From Octopus vulgaris (Eukaryota), in the NCBI GenBank assembly GCA_951406725.2, contig OX597823.1:109368001-109432000 (forward strand): a DNA stretch of 64,000 nt. Direction: 5' to 3'. Position 1 is the stretch's first letter, and each line of letters starts with the position of its first letter. Shown here piece after piece: positions 43,637 through 57,692 of this stretch. The position numbers and the translations under genes are program-made. The notes below the pieces were generated by a model. That model saw only the letters and a list, made by a program, of their open reading frames with translations, was not told the origin of the DNA and searched no databases.

Positions 43637-44364
43637 TGTATGTATGTATGCATGTATGTATGTATGTATATATGTACGTGTGCTTCCATGTAAGCATATG
43701 TATAAATATGTATATGTATGAATGCTTACATACATACATTTCCGCTCTACAGGCCACTCTTTGCAACACCTGTCTGTGTTCGGACTGTCCTTGCACAGGG
43801 GCCACCTGGATTCCCGTTTGAGCCGTGAACAAGGAATAATCTTCTCTCTTCGCTCTTTTGCTCTATATGGGCTCAACTCTTCTCCCCTCTTCATCTAACC
43901 TCCTCCCCTTCTCTCTCCCGCTCACACCTACTTCCTTCTACCTCTCCTCTCTTGCTCCGCTCCTACTTCTCTTTACTCCTACTCTCCTTCTCGCATCTCT
44001 TCACTCCGACCCACCTTCTCCCTTCCCCTTCATCGACACCCTTCCCTCGTAACCCCACCCCCACTCCATCCTTTAGACTCACTTCCAAAATCCCCACCTC
44101 TACCCAACCCTCAGTCTAACCCACACCCCACACTTGCTTTCCCCACTCTCGCCTCCCCCACCTCCCAACACCATCACACCACCATACCACACAACACCAC
44201 ATCACATCACACCACCACGCACACACTAGCACTGACCACTTCCCAGTCCAACATCCACACACCTACACATACACACACGCACACGTTAAGGTCACCAGCC
44301 CTCTTCGACACGCACATACATACTCTCTTATACACACGCACGCGCACCTACGTTTTAGGATCAC

Positions 44365-44531
44365 CATTACTTTATTTTCTCTCCTTGTTTCTTTCTGTGT
44401 ACCTTTCTATGGAAGAGCGTAGGCTCGAAACGTTAAAGACTTTTTCACTTCCCGAGTGTTAAACTAATACATCTGTTTGTTATCTACACCACCTGTCTTC
44501 GTCACTTGTTTTTTTTTGTGAATTCTCTCCC
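44365..44531 (+). mobile_element. Penelope-like pLTR-type element with degenerate hammerhead
   Basis: CUUU-CUAUGGA-A-GAGC-GUAG-GCUC-GAAA-CGU-UA-AAG at 44403-44438; reverse-complement homolog of the 25288 element. Confidence 0.65.
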
Positions 44532-44625
44532 AACATACATACATGCATGCATACATACATGCATGCATACATACATACATGTAAAGGTGTGTGTGTATGT
44601 ATGTGTATGCGTGTGTGTGTGTGTG

Positions 44626-44805
44626 TGTTTGGGCCTGTGTTTTTGTTTCCCATCACTGTTTGAAAACCGTTCGACAAAAAAGACCGACAGAATAATTAGG
44701 CTTTAAAATTAGGCTTTAAAAGCAAATAATTCCTTGTATCGATTCGTTCGATTAAAATTCTTCAAGATATTACCGTAGTCGAAAGACTGAAAGAACTTAC
44801 AGATA
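44626..44805 (+). mobile_element. SINE family B 3' fragment, degraded
   Basis: TGTTTCCCATCACTGTTTGAAAACCG..AAAAGACCGACAGAATAA..TCGATTCGTTCGATTAAAA. Confidence 0.6.
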
Positions 44806-45175
44806 AAATAATGTTTCTTATATTGAATGGTACGTTACTGTTGTTCTCTTGTTAATACTTCATTCTTTCTATTTGGTTGTGTGTCTGTGTGTGTGTGTAT
44901 ATGTGTGTGTGCGTGCGTATGTGTGTGTGAGTGTGTGTAATCACTAAATAATTACTGGGAGTATTAAGTGAAGTCACGATAATTAGTAAATAAGTTACTA
45001 CAGATTTTGTTGAATCGTTACATGGATATTTAACTACGACGAGTTGGAAAAATGATGAAATATTTCTTTTCTGGAAAGAACAATTCATCTACTATATATA
45101 TATACATATATGAGAGTCAAATAATACTATATTTGTTCCACGTCCTCGCGTTATTGTGCTTTCTTGTTTGGCTTA

Positions 45176-45235
<60 letters not shown>

Positions 45236-46124
45236 CATCTTTTCCAAGTTTGCCAACAGTGTATAGAAAGAAAGAAGAAAAAAGTTCACATGAAAGGTGC
45301 TTTGTAATGTCCGTGCAAGCTGGCGACACAAAAGGAAACCATTTTGTTTTGCATTGTTTTTATAAGTCATCACCAATACTTACCTACCTAAAAACTGAAA
45401 CAGGTCACCGAGATTGATAGTATAATCCCTTTTACTCGGTTAACAACATCAACACCTAGGATATTAGCGAATTTCTAAAAGGCTAACCAAATGGATTTTA
45501 AGTGCACAATTGGAGGACAAAACTCAGGTTCAATCCTTGGTTAGGAATGTCACAGCTCTTACAAACACACACACACACACACACATCACACACAAGCACA
45601 CTCATCTGTCTGTATTCATGTGTGTTTGAGTGGGGGCGTGTTTTCAGGTGTATGTTATTCTTTGTTTTGCTGTTTAATCATCATCAACATCATCAATTAT
45701 CCGCATCACATAGTTATCCCTATAATCAACATTCTTTGAAGCGGATACTTCCGCCAAATAAGATTTACACAATGCTCTCCGCCATGTTTGCTGTTGTTCT
45801 CGTTCTTCTCTTTCTTCCTGCTGCTGCTACTGCTGCTTCTAATGATGATGATGATGATGATGTTGATGGCGGTGGTGGTGGTGGTGATGCTGTTGTTGTT
45901 GTTGTGTTCGCTATTGTTTCACCCTTTTCCATGCATCCCATGCCTTCAGTTTAGGAAGTTTAGTGACGGATGACAGATGTAGCTTTAAGGGCTCGGTGAT
46001 AACGCATCATTATATAATTATAATATTTTCCTTGTCTATATATTGTATTTTACGTAACTTTTATTTTGAACTTTGCTTTCCCAACCAACGCCCGTAGTGA
46101 AGAGAAAAATAATAATAACAACAA

Positions 46125-46169
<45 letters not shown>

Positions 46170-46173
46170 TAAC

Positions 46174-46236
<63 letters not shown>

Positions 46237-46373
46237 GATAATAATAATCAGAACAAAACAACATATGGCCGCAGCAATAACATCGTCAACAACAACATTG
46301 TAAACAACGAGAAGCGTTTAGTAAACGTATATATTGTAGTTGTAAATATTAATATTATGATTTTGATGTAAGA

Positions 46374-47135
46374 TGGTGGGGTGGCAGAATCGTTAAGGAC
46401 GCCGGGTAATATGCATAGCGTTATTTCGTCCATCTTTATGTTCCTGAGTTCAAATTCCGCCGAGGTCGGCTTTGCCTTTCATCCTTTCGGGGTCGATACA
46501 TTAAGTACCAGTTACGCACTGGGGTAGATGTAATCGACTTAATCCCTTTGTCTGTCCTCGTTTGTCCCCTTTGTGTGTAGTAAAGAAATAGTTATTTCGT
46601 CCGTCTTTATGTTCTTGAGTTCAAATTCCTCGAGGTCGACTTTGCCTTTCATCCTGTCGGAGTCGATACATTAAGTACACGTCAAACAAATCCCCACCAA
46701 AATTTCAGGTTTTATGCCTTTAGTAAAAAGGATTAATATTACTCTGCTAACATAAAGCAGCGAGTTGGCAGACTTGTTAGCACGCCGGTCAAAACACTTC
46801 GCATTGCTTCATCTGTCTTTCCGTTCCTGAGTTCAAATTTCAACGAGTTCAACTTTGCTTTTCATCTTTTCTATTTGATCACTGGGGTTGATATCATCGA
46901 TTTAGCCTCTTTTCCAAAACTGAAGGCCTTGTGCTAAACTTTGAAACATATTATAATGTGGATAAAGGCGGTTTCATGGCATTTCGTCCGTCTTTAAGTT
47001 CTATTTTCGAAATCCGTCGAGGTCGATCTTCATCGTTTTGGAGTCGATAAAATAAGTAGCAGTTGAGCAGTGGAGTCGTTATTAACCACTAGGCCACCTT
47101 CGAACTCACTTGCCTTGTGCTAAAATGTTAATCCA
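46374..47135 (+). mobile_element. Cluster of SINE family A copies (dimer 46374-46740 plus two older copies)
   Basis: B-box and GCCTTTCATCC-like modules repeated four times. Confidence 0.85.
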
Positions 47136-47581
47136 ACGTTATAATGTTGATAGTAACAGTTGATGTAATGTATTCTGTAACTGACTGTATGTGCGCGGCC
47201 TTTCCTGAACTTCGCCTTCGTATGCTGTGTTTATACTGACGTTAATCTGACAACCATTTTTATTGCTTTTGCAGTTGTTGTTGTTGTTATTGCTGCTACT
47301 GCTGTTTATGTTGTTGGCAGTGGTGGTGTTTTACTTGCTACTTCGGCTACAGTTGATGTTCTTGTTGCTTTTAGTATATATATGATCACTGTTCCTACAT
47401 ATTCATAATCAAATTTTGTAGCTTTGTCCGCGCTGTCGGTTTTTTCGTAATTACGAAACTCGAACTATTTTATCCAATACATTTATTGTTAAATCGTTAG
47501 AAAGTGATTTCGTGGAAACTTTGTTTATATTTCTAGCTGATCAAGTGTCTTATCTAAGGAGTCTTTCACCAGTGTGTCGTG

Positions 47582-47994
47582 GGATCTTTTCGGTTTGAAC
47601 GGCAGTTTTCCTAGCGGTGTCATATGAAATAGTCACCCATAATTATGACCCTAGTATCGACCTATTGCATTTCAATCTGTTTTAGGGTTAGGGTTAGGGG
47701 TGGGGAAGGGTATCTTTTTTCTTCAGAAATGTAAATAAACCCAATCTGTTTCTTAAACGAGGGACATATTCATACGGCACAAAATGTTTTCACCTCAATA
47801 GACGTCATTGATTGGTTGAAATTGCAGAAATTGAAGAAAAACAACAACAAATATCTTACAAACTATAGAATTTTCTCAATAAAGCCAAGAGAAAAAGATG
47901 TTTTATAAACACATTCTACCAGTATACGAAGTTTAAAAGTGTTTAGTTACGTGGAAATTATTTTAAAAAACTGCCGTTCAAACCGAAAAGATCC
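47582..47994. mobile_element. MITE with 28-bp TIRs and probable 8-bp TSD
   Basis: GGATCTTTTCGGTTTGAACGGCAGTTTT ... AAAACTGCCGTTCAAACCGAAAAGATCC are perfect TIRs; flanks are GTGTCGTG and GTGTCGTA. Confidence 0.92.
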
Positions 47995-48609
47995 GTGTCG
48001 TATTCTAAAAAGGAAAGAGAACTGAAAAGACAAATTTCTCATAGGAGTTTTAATCGATTTTGTAAACTGAGGTAAACGCACATTCATTACAGTTGTGAGT
48101 TATTTCATGCTTCTGTACCAACAGCGATTATTAGTTATCTGTTTAGGCTCACGTTAACGAGGAAGCCTCCACGTGGTTGCTATGTCCATCAGAAATATTA
48201 CCACTCATCCATCAACTTTTCACCCTGACACCTGCAAAATGAGCGACATATTAGATGATATAAACCTAACTACCCTTACAGTAGTTATATCACGCCATCC
48301 GGTGTAGTACCACCTACTCACCTGTAGTTGTTGTCAGAGTTCACTCAAGGTTGTAGGCTGGTAATTATCAGAATACTAAGACACACTGATAACCTCTACT
48401 GGAGCTTACATTTTAAAAACTAAAATTTAGTTTACTGGAAAAAGCTTCCCTTTTCTCCCTTTCGTGGGTACCGATTGAAACTAGACACAACGCAGCACTC
48501 CATACTAATATGTACAACAAACATCCTATTTGTTTCCGAGATAATCCTTAATTTTCTGCTAACCAAAAATTCACTACGAAACGTGGAATATGTGAATATA
48601 TATATATAT

Positions 48610-48829
<220 letters not shown>

Positions 48830-49873
48830 AGAGAGGGAGAGAAGGAAGAAGGGTGGATAGAAAAGAGAGAGAAGTACAGAGATATGTTACAAAAGTACGA
48901 TAAACTTAAACAAAAACGAGACATACATTGATAATGATAGGTAAGAACAAAAGGTCTAAGAGAACGAATGAAATGAAAAAAAGGGGAAAGACAGCAAGAG
49001 GGGAAAGAAGGAAAAAGAAAAGCAAAACAGCAAAACAGAAAAGACAAGAGAGAAAAAAGTGGAAGGAGGTAAAGGAGGCAAAGGAGAAAGACATAGGAGA
49101 TAAAAATAGAGACAGCCAGTAAGACTTTATTACAACGCCTGACATTTTGAGCTGCTCTATGAAATTACAAATTATTCTCTAAAGACAGAACTGAAAGTTG
49201 AAACCTAAAAACATCCTGTCATTGAGTTTTCCCAAGACTCATTTAAATAAAAATACAAAATGTTTTTCTCATTTCATTGAATTGTTATAGCAATTATTAA
49301 GAAAGACAATACCATTTGTTAATGCATATATTATTTAGTATTATATCTTTCGTATTGGTCTGTCGTATTAATTATCACATCTAGCCTTCCGTTACTCCAT
49401 CCGGCCATTCGTTCATCTGCCTCTACCGCTTTTATTTTATTCATTTATATATGAATGTATATAGATGGGTGGAGGGAAAGATGAGTGAGGGAGGGAGTTA
49501 GGGATAGATGGATGTATGAATGACTAGTTGGAAGATGGTTTGGGAATGACTGAGGGAGGACTTTATGATTATTTCTTTCTATCTATTTTCCATTAATATT
49601 GATTTCAAATTTTGGCATACGCTATTTACTTATATATTTATACATCTTGCTTATATATTTATATATTTTTGCTTGGACTCTCTTTTTTCTCTCTTTCAAC
49701 CACTCTCTCTCTCTCTTTCTCTCTCTCCCTCATACACACACATTTATGCGTATACATGCACATATACAACACACACACACACGCATATATGTACATATAG
49801 ATGTATATGCTTATAAATATATATCATATGTATATACATACATACATATATATATATATGTATATATATATAT

Positions 49874-49917
<44 letters not shown>

Positions 49918-49930
49918 GTATATATATATA

Positions 49931-50010
<80 letters not shown>

Positions 50011-50436
50011 TGTGAATTTGTATATGAGTATATATATGGAAAAAGAGAGGGAGGGTATGAATAAAAGTGAGGGAGTTAGATAGTTAGATACATAAAAAAG
50101 ACTTAAACATCCCCGAATGGGGGCACATAGCAAATGTGATAATATGTGTATGTTTGTGGGTATATATTAATGTGTATGAATGTTTGGGTGTCTCCGTAGT
50201 CAACATACCTCTGTGTGAACATGTGTTAATATGATTCTGCATATGTGCGTTCTGGGGCATCTACGTCAGTCTATGTGTGTGTAGCAGTTTCGTTTTTCTG
50301 TCTGTGTTCAAACTGTTCAAGCATTAAATGGATATTATTAAATTAGAAATCGCTGCGAAACATCAAATCTTTACTTTCTCTGTCCTACGTAACGTGTAAT
50401 ACGAAGTACTCACAGAAAACAAAAGCATATATGCGC

Positions 50437-50485
<49 letters not shown>

Positions 50486-50487
<2 letters not shown>

Positions 50488-50661
50488 TCGTAGAACATCT
50501 TAGGAAGCAGCCAGAGATAGAAGCAATCCACACTGAAGTTATTTCGTTTAACGTCTTTTCAGCATAAAACCATTATAAAAATTCGCAAAGCGTACATATA
50601 TAACGAGCTAAATGTTTGCATATATGCACACACGCACACGCACGCACGCACGCGCACACAC

Positions 50662-50713
<52 letters not shown>

Positions 50714-50847
50714 ATACATACTAATCGTAGACATCTTAGAAAACAACCAGAGACAGAGGCAATCCTCACTGAAGTTATTTCGTTTAACGTCTTTTCAACA
50801 TAAAACCATAAAACTTCGCAAAGCGAATTATAACGAGCTAAATGTTT
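50486..50847. repeat. Tandem duplication of ~130 bp unique sequence plus (CA)n, period ~237 bp
   Basis: AATCGTAGA..CACTGAAGTTATTTCGTTTAACGTCTTTTCA..TATAACGAGCTAAATGTTT occurs twice. Confidence 0.9.
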
Positions 50848-52403
50848 CTTTGCCTTTGTCTCCTTTCTTTCTTTCGTAAGTTGTGCTTTCAGTTTAGTAA
50901 AATATGAATAAATAAATAAATAAACAATGACAGGTAACGATACTACTTATTCAAATATTCTATTTTTAAGTCTCCAATGTCCTTTGAGATACAATTTTTA
51001 GGCATCCACTGTCTCTACTTCATTGAGATTCAAACCCTTTTGACCAACTTAAAATATAAAATAATGGTGTGCTTTAATCTCGCGGTGAAGAAATATTTAA
51101 CGAGGACCCCATGGAGAGCACGGCATGGAAATCGAGGTTTGTTAAGAAAAAAGAAAAATAAGCACCTCAAATTTTGACAACTAGAAGTTCGTTTAAATCG
51201 TCCTGGTTTTGGAGACATCTATGGCGATTTTTAGTGAAAATCACGCTCAAAGAGAGAAAGGAAGAGAATTTGAAAACAAATAGGTTAATGACAAACGGAT
51301 AGAGATCTGACTTACATATATCTTTAGCGCCATTGTGATTCAATTATTGATATTAGAAGCAACCTTTATTTCGAAGTTTCAGTTGTTTTTATGACTATAA
51401 AGCTAACACTTGCTTATCATTTATCTGCAGTTAAAATTGTTTTCGCTTTACATCTTTTCACTTAAATTCGCACTTCTCAAGGACCTACCAACGACGTTAA
51501 GTGTTGACTGATTCTATTCAATGAGCGCATGCGTACGCGGGCACGCACACATTCAAACACACACACATATACATACATACGTACGTATATGTAATGTGTG
51601 TGTTTTTGTATGTGTATATGTGTGTGTGTGTATGTATGTATACTGGCAAATCGAAAATAAAAATAAAATCAACATAAGTCAAAAAGGACGACACAGTAAA
51701 TGTATTAGGTTGACGCGCAGTTTAAGATGGGAAAAAAATGGTGGATTGTAATGTTTGAAGCATGTCTCTTCGTGAGAAAAAGGAAAGAGGAAAATTCTGG
51801 AGAGAGGGAAAAAATAGACCAAGGAAGGTACGTGTGTGGTAACATGGCTATGCATGCTTACATGAATGCATGCATTTATGTGTGCTTGTGCGTATGTATT
51901 GTTCATCCGAGAAAGGATTGTTGAACTCAAGAAATCAATGGAATTCTTAATATTATGTACATTAGCTCCTTATGTGTGAGTGTTTGTGTGTAGCAGAGGA
52001 GTGTGGTCGGTGGCATAAAGTCACATTTCATTGAAATAAGGTTTGGAAGAAATAAGTAACCTTCATCCTTAATGCTTCGAAGATGGTGGTAATAGACCCA
52101 CGGTGGCAATATAACACCATCTTGAATTCGAAGCCATGGTGCGGAGCAAAAATCTGTAATGATGTCTTATGACTACAACACAGCCATCAACAATCGCTGT
52201 CAACCATTTTCTCTCTTATAGTTGTCTTGTCATTGCTTTGCCACTGAGAATCTTGGTTAAGAACGAGAATCATATGAACTAATCAATCACAACTATGTCA
52301 CCGATAATTTTGACTGGCTATATCACATACACACGTGCACACACACATGCGCACACAGGCACACGCTCACCTCCGTCATCTCAATTATATTATACTAACG
52401 TAT

Positions 52404-52448
<45 letters not shown>

Positions 52449-52604
52449 AAAATCGGTCCGATATGGTAATAATGGAATTTTTTAGAAAATTCTGTCGACC
52501 GTTTTTGTGAAAAAATTATAATGGTTTTGGACAATGTATCTAATTTCGGCATTAGAAATTTTTTCGGTTGCCCTTATCTATAAGTTATATATATATATAT
52601 ATAT

Positions 52605-52682
<78 letters not shown>

Positions 52683-52787
52683 CCGTGACCGACCAGGCTA
52701 TCAGATGTTGCTACACATCGCTGGTCTCAATGCGCTTCGCATTGCTTTACCCTTCAAATGACGCACCCCGCTGGCTAAGCGAGCAGG

Positions 52788-52854
<67 letters not shown>

Positions 52855-52869
52855 CTGATTAGCCTAAAA

Positions 52870-53110
52870 TCACTCAAACGAGTTCACTGATCTTATATAT
52901 ACCATTTCTGCTTTTACTATAGCCACTGTGATGGCCACAACTCCTCGTAGGTAACTTGGTTCATACCACCTTTACTCAGATATTCCCGACTGCTTTACCT
53001 ACCCTCATCTCATCAACACTTTAATGCCCAGTAACAAGATCTCATCCAAATCACCGATTCGTCCCTCTGGAAATACCTCGCTGTTCATTCCTCTTCCTTT
53101 CACTTGCATT
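52870..53110 (+). mobile_element. CR1/L2/Jockey-group LINE 3' end relic
   Basis: Translation FCFYYSHCDGHNSS*VTWFIPP ... SLWKYL resembles the LINE ORF2 C-terminal pattern LFYRYxxGxCSxEL..P ... LWNxLP. Confidence 0.45.
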
Positions 53111-53226
53111 CATTAACAAAATTACAAGTTGAAATTACATTAATTGCAACAATATTGTTGGTATAAAAAGGCCTACGAAAGACCGTGGACACTACTGCGT
53201 CTCTGAACGTTAAATCAACAACACAA

Positions 53227-53271
<45 letters not shown>

Positions 53272-53742
53272 GTGTGTGTGTGTGTGTGTGGCGATACCTG
53301 CTCATTTTGGAGCACAAGTGCTGGCAATATCAATATTTAATATTTGTTAACCACAATCTTACCGCCAGCCCAACAAACACCCTGTATTCACTCACGCATA
53401 CATACTATCTCTGTCAGCGGCCCACAGTGAAAGGGGTATAGAAAGAGAATAATTACAAGATAAGAATATATGGATTTTAGTCAAGAGTTCATCGGTTAGT
53501 AACAAAAACCCCGGGTTACAATTGTTTTGCGGTTTCTGCACACTCAACACGAACGTGTGTATATATATACATATTTGTGTATGTATGTATGTATGTACGT
53601 ATGTCTATTTATCTATCTCTATCTCTCTATATGTATATATATCCTTATACGTATACCTCTCGTTCATATATATGTGAATATGTAGTTTATATCAATATAT
53701 ACGCCCCCAATAAATGTGTGTGTATACATATATGTGTGTGTG

Positions 53743-53809
<67 letters not shown>

Positions 53810-53820
53810 CTCTCTCTCTG

Positions 53821-53882
<62 letters not shown>

Positions 53883-53953
53883 AAATACAAAATGGGACAA
53901 GACCGCAAATGTACATATATAAATATACATACAAACACATACACACACATACT

Positions 53954-54008
<55 letters not shown>

Positions 54009-54429
54009 ATATAAACATATATATCAAACGGATGTGCATTCAAACAGTCAAACAAAACTGTCAGTGTGAAATGTGACTATTTATCTTGTACAATTTCTCT
54101 CTTTGTCAGCCTTTATTCTAAAGCGATAACGACAAAATAATTTACGGTCTTGTATAGAAAGCGTTACAATTAATATATCACAACCTCAGTGATAGAAGTT
54201 CAAATAGCGTCAGCATGTCAATTCATTTCAAAGTCGCCAGTTCAAAAAAGATGTAGCCTTTTCCTTTTCTTTTCATTAGTCGGAGCAGTAAGGCCAACGT
54301 AGAAACCAATGGATAGTGAGTACAAGAATGAGTCGTACGTATGTGTGTATGTCCGTGTGTGCACATGTGCAATTGTATGTATCTGAATGTTTATGCGCGT
54401 GTACACACATAAACACACACATCTCTATA

Positions 54430-54463
<34 letters not shown>

Positions 54464-54472
54464 CATACATAC

Positions 54473-54540
<68 letters not shown>

Positions 54541-54545
<5 letters not shown>

Positions 54546-54661
54546 ATTGCAGCGTGGAAGGTGTTTATAAGCCATTTAAGAAACACACAAAAGCCGTTCG
54601 ATTCACTTCAACATTTAAGTTTAATTTGTCAAAATATTTTCGTCGCTAAAATCCGCGACCT
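54541..54661 (-). mobile_element. Penelope-like fragment with the 3' half of a hammerhead, adjoining (TA)n
   Basis: Minus strand GUCGC-GGAUUUUA-GCGAC-GAAA-AUAU-UU-UGAC: perfect stem II, GAAA, palindromic stem III. The CUGA half is absent where the Helitron abuts. Confidence 0.5.
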
Positions 54662-54662
54662 A

Positions 54663-55055
54663 CTAGCAGTATCGCCCGGCGTTGCTCGGGTTTGTAAGGG
54701 AAATAACTATATAAGCATTTTTAGAGAGTTATAGCCAAAAAGTAGCAAAAAAATGCATTAAAACTGGGAAAGAAATGATGGTAATAAATCGTTGACTAAT
54801 CGTAGACATTTTTAGAGAGTTACTTCCCATATATAATAGCGAAAAAATGCATTAAAATGGAAAAAAAATGATGGTAATTTTTTTTTTAAATCGTAGACTC
54901 ATCGTAGCCGAGCGCTAATACCCAGAAGGGCTCGATATGAATCACGACTATAAGATACCCGGTTTTGGTTAAACTGCACCGCAAAATGTAAGAGTAGTTA
55001 GGAATCTAAATCGTAGGAGACAGACAGCACACAACCTCACTTTTATATATAAAGA
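54663..55055 (-). mobile_element. Non-autonomous Helitron (~393 bp)
   Basis: Minus strand A|TCTTTATATATAAAAG ... CCCG-AGCAACGC-CGGG hairpin, GATACTGCTAG|T; short internal tandem repeats. Confidence 0.85.
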
Positions 55056-57571
55056 TATGTGCCTGTATATATATTTATGGATGTATATGTGTGAGCGTGT
55101 GTGTAACTGAATTTTTATATATTTGTGAGATGAGTAGGTGAATGTGTATGCGAGTTGTTTTCAGTTCTGGTGTAAAATCGGTTGATGGTCATTTATATCA
55201 AAATGTAACGAAATGCTTCCGTAAATACAAATCGATAAAATATGTACCTGACTGAAATAAGTACCATGGTTATGCGAGTGAATAAAATCCATGAATACTC
55301 TGGTTAACAAAACTCCAGCCCTATAACTAAACACGGATACATGCATACATACAGACAGACCGACATTCGTTCATACATACATACAAACATACATACGTAT
55401 GTACGTATATACATGGTTACGTACAGACATTCGTACAAAGATACATACATACATATGTAGGGAGCAAAGTATGGATGAACTTAGGGTTCTGGGGAGAGAA
55501 TGCTACAAACGATTACGATATCTAAGATTTTGTAAAAACAGAAAGACCTTAAAATCGAAAGAATGATGGTCAAAACCAGTGGCGAATCTTAGATAAAATT
55601 GGTTGGGATGCTGCTTCCGAAAATTTTTAGCTGTTTGTTTTAATATTGTGCAAAAGGAAACAAACATATATAAGGAAAATTTATACATAAACTTAATTGG
55701 TTCGCGTTTTAGCCACTGTCGAGTAGTGTGTTTAATTTGTTCACTGAACACCGCCGCGAATTCCCCTTAACTCACAAAATAAGGGGAGAAATGTGTCCTA
55801 TATTTTAAATCCTGGCAGCAACACAGATGCTGGAAGCAAGATAATAATATAATTCTATACTTTATCATATTCAATAATATAAACACGTTTTTAAGCACAA
55901 CACACGCGGAGTAAAAAAGAAACACCACCTTTCACCCGGCACTTTCGCCCACGCAGTGCTCTCTCTCTCTCTCTCTCTCTTGTGTGAAGCTTCCTATCTC
56001 GGACATATTAGCATGCGCATAACAGCCAAACACCGTGTAGCTGGAACTGTGAAACGCACAGTTCTATACAAGGATTTTTGTATTTTTTTCATAATCTAGG
56101 TGATGGCTACTGGCTCTAAGCTTAAATATATAATGTACAAGTATAAAGAAAGAATTATAGAAAAAAGGACTCATTATATTGAATGTTATTGATAAAATCG
56201 AGTGGTGCTGCAGTTCCGCAGTTGCTATACACGGGCCGCTACGGGTCAAAACAAAATACTTCCCTTCACAGCTTTGGACCCAGTAGGGGGCCCGTCAAAA
56301 TTTTCTCAAAAATCAAGAGGAATAGAACACACGCACAAATACATACCGACCTACGTCCATACATACATACATACATACATACATACATACATACATACAT
56401 ACATACATACATACATACTTACATGCATGCATACATACATACGTACGTACGTACATGCATATATACATGCTTTCATTCATGCATGCATATACGCATACAT
56501 ATACATACAGACATGCATTCATACACACATGCACGTATATATACATACATACATACAGACAGACAGACAGACATTCACACGCCTATAACTACATAAATAC
56601 AAAAAATTTCTTTTTTAGGGAGAAAGTGTACTCTATATTTACGGTAGAGTACATTTATTTATGGAAATTCTTTAATGCACTAATCATGAATCAGGGAAGA
56701 AATTTCGAGATTACATACGAGGTAATAAATGAACTTCGGAAGGCGTTGCCTATGGGTTAGGTCGTACCTGCTGACACTTGCACCAGCAGGATATTTCCCC
56801 ATCTGTAACCGTTCTGATAAGTGTTAATTATACTGGCACGAGAGCCGTGTCTGCTGAATTGATTGTGATTACATGTGAATGAGTCTTTGCATACGTGTGT
56901 ACATATGGGAGTATGGCAAGAGCAAGAGTACGTCATTCAACATCACTCTATTTACTAATGAGATTTGAATATGCTTAAATCCAGTGATCCGATGAGCTCC
57001 AGGCGTGGTTGTTTTACAGTTGACCTCTGACTGATGGCAACCATCCATATCTATCATAGGAGTTTATTATAGGTAACGATTGGACTTTCGGTCACGCTTG
57101 AAGATTTTAACGCCTCTCACTCCACTCTCCGTTACAGTTTTTATTCATGCCGTTTTCTTTCACCGTCATCTCTGCCTCTCTTTCTATCTCTCTGTGTCTC
57201 TGTCTCTCCTCCCTTTCTGCATACTCACAAGTACACAATCACACAGAATTTATTTAATATATTTAATATATATAATTGATAAACCCATTAGCCATTACTC
57301 AAATTTTCAGTGCAGGAATACTGACCTTCGGATGAACTTCCGGGCAGAAAAAAATAGAAGTCCCGTTGTAAAATATATTCATTCATCAATGGTGATTGTT
57401 AATTTATATTTTTATTCTTACTTATTCATTTTGCCATTGTAATGCATCTAAAATTACAAGTACTTGACGTCACATGCATTAACTACACTGGAGAATAGGA
57501 GAATATTTTTCTCCTGTTGGTTAGTAGTAATCTGTTTGTGTACAAATACACACAAACACATGCACACACAA

Positions 57572-57625
<54 letters not shown>

Positions 57626-57633
57626 ACACACAT

Positions 57634-57692
<59 letters not shown>

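Noticed and set aside
47536-47556. U2 snRNA-like GATCAAGTGT..TATCT
   Set aside because: Only a ~10-nt match; the flanks do not follow U2.
50530-50800. Minus-strand (C/U)UGAAAA..GAAA hammerhead-like string in the duplicated unit
   Set aside because: No pairing stems I or II.
55577-56243. Possible hAT-like MITE starting CAGTGGCG
   Set aside because: The right end is too degenerate to show a TIR or TSD.
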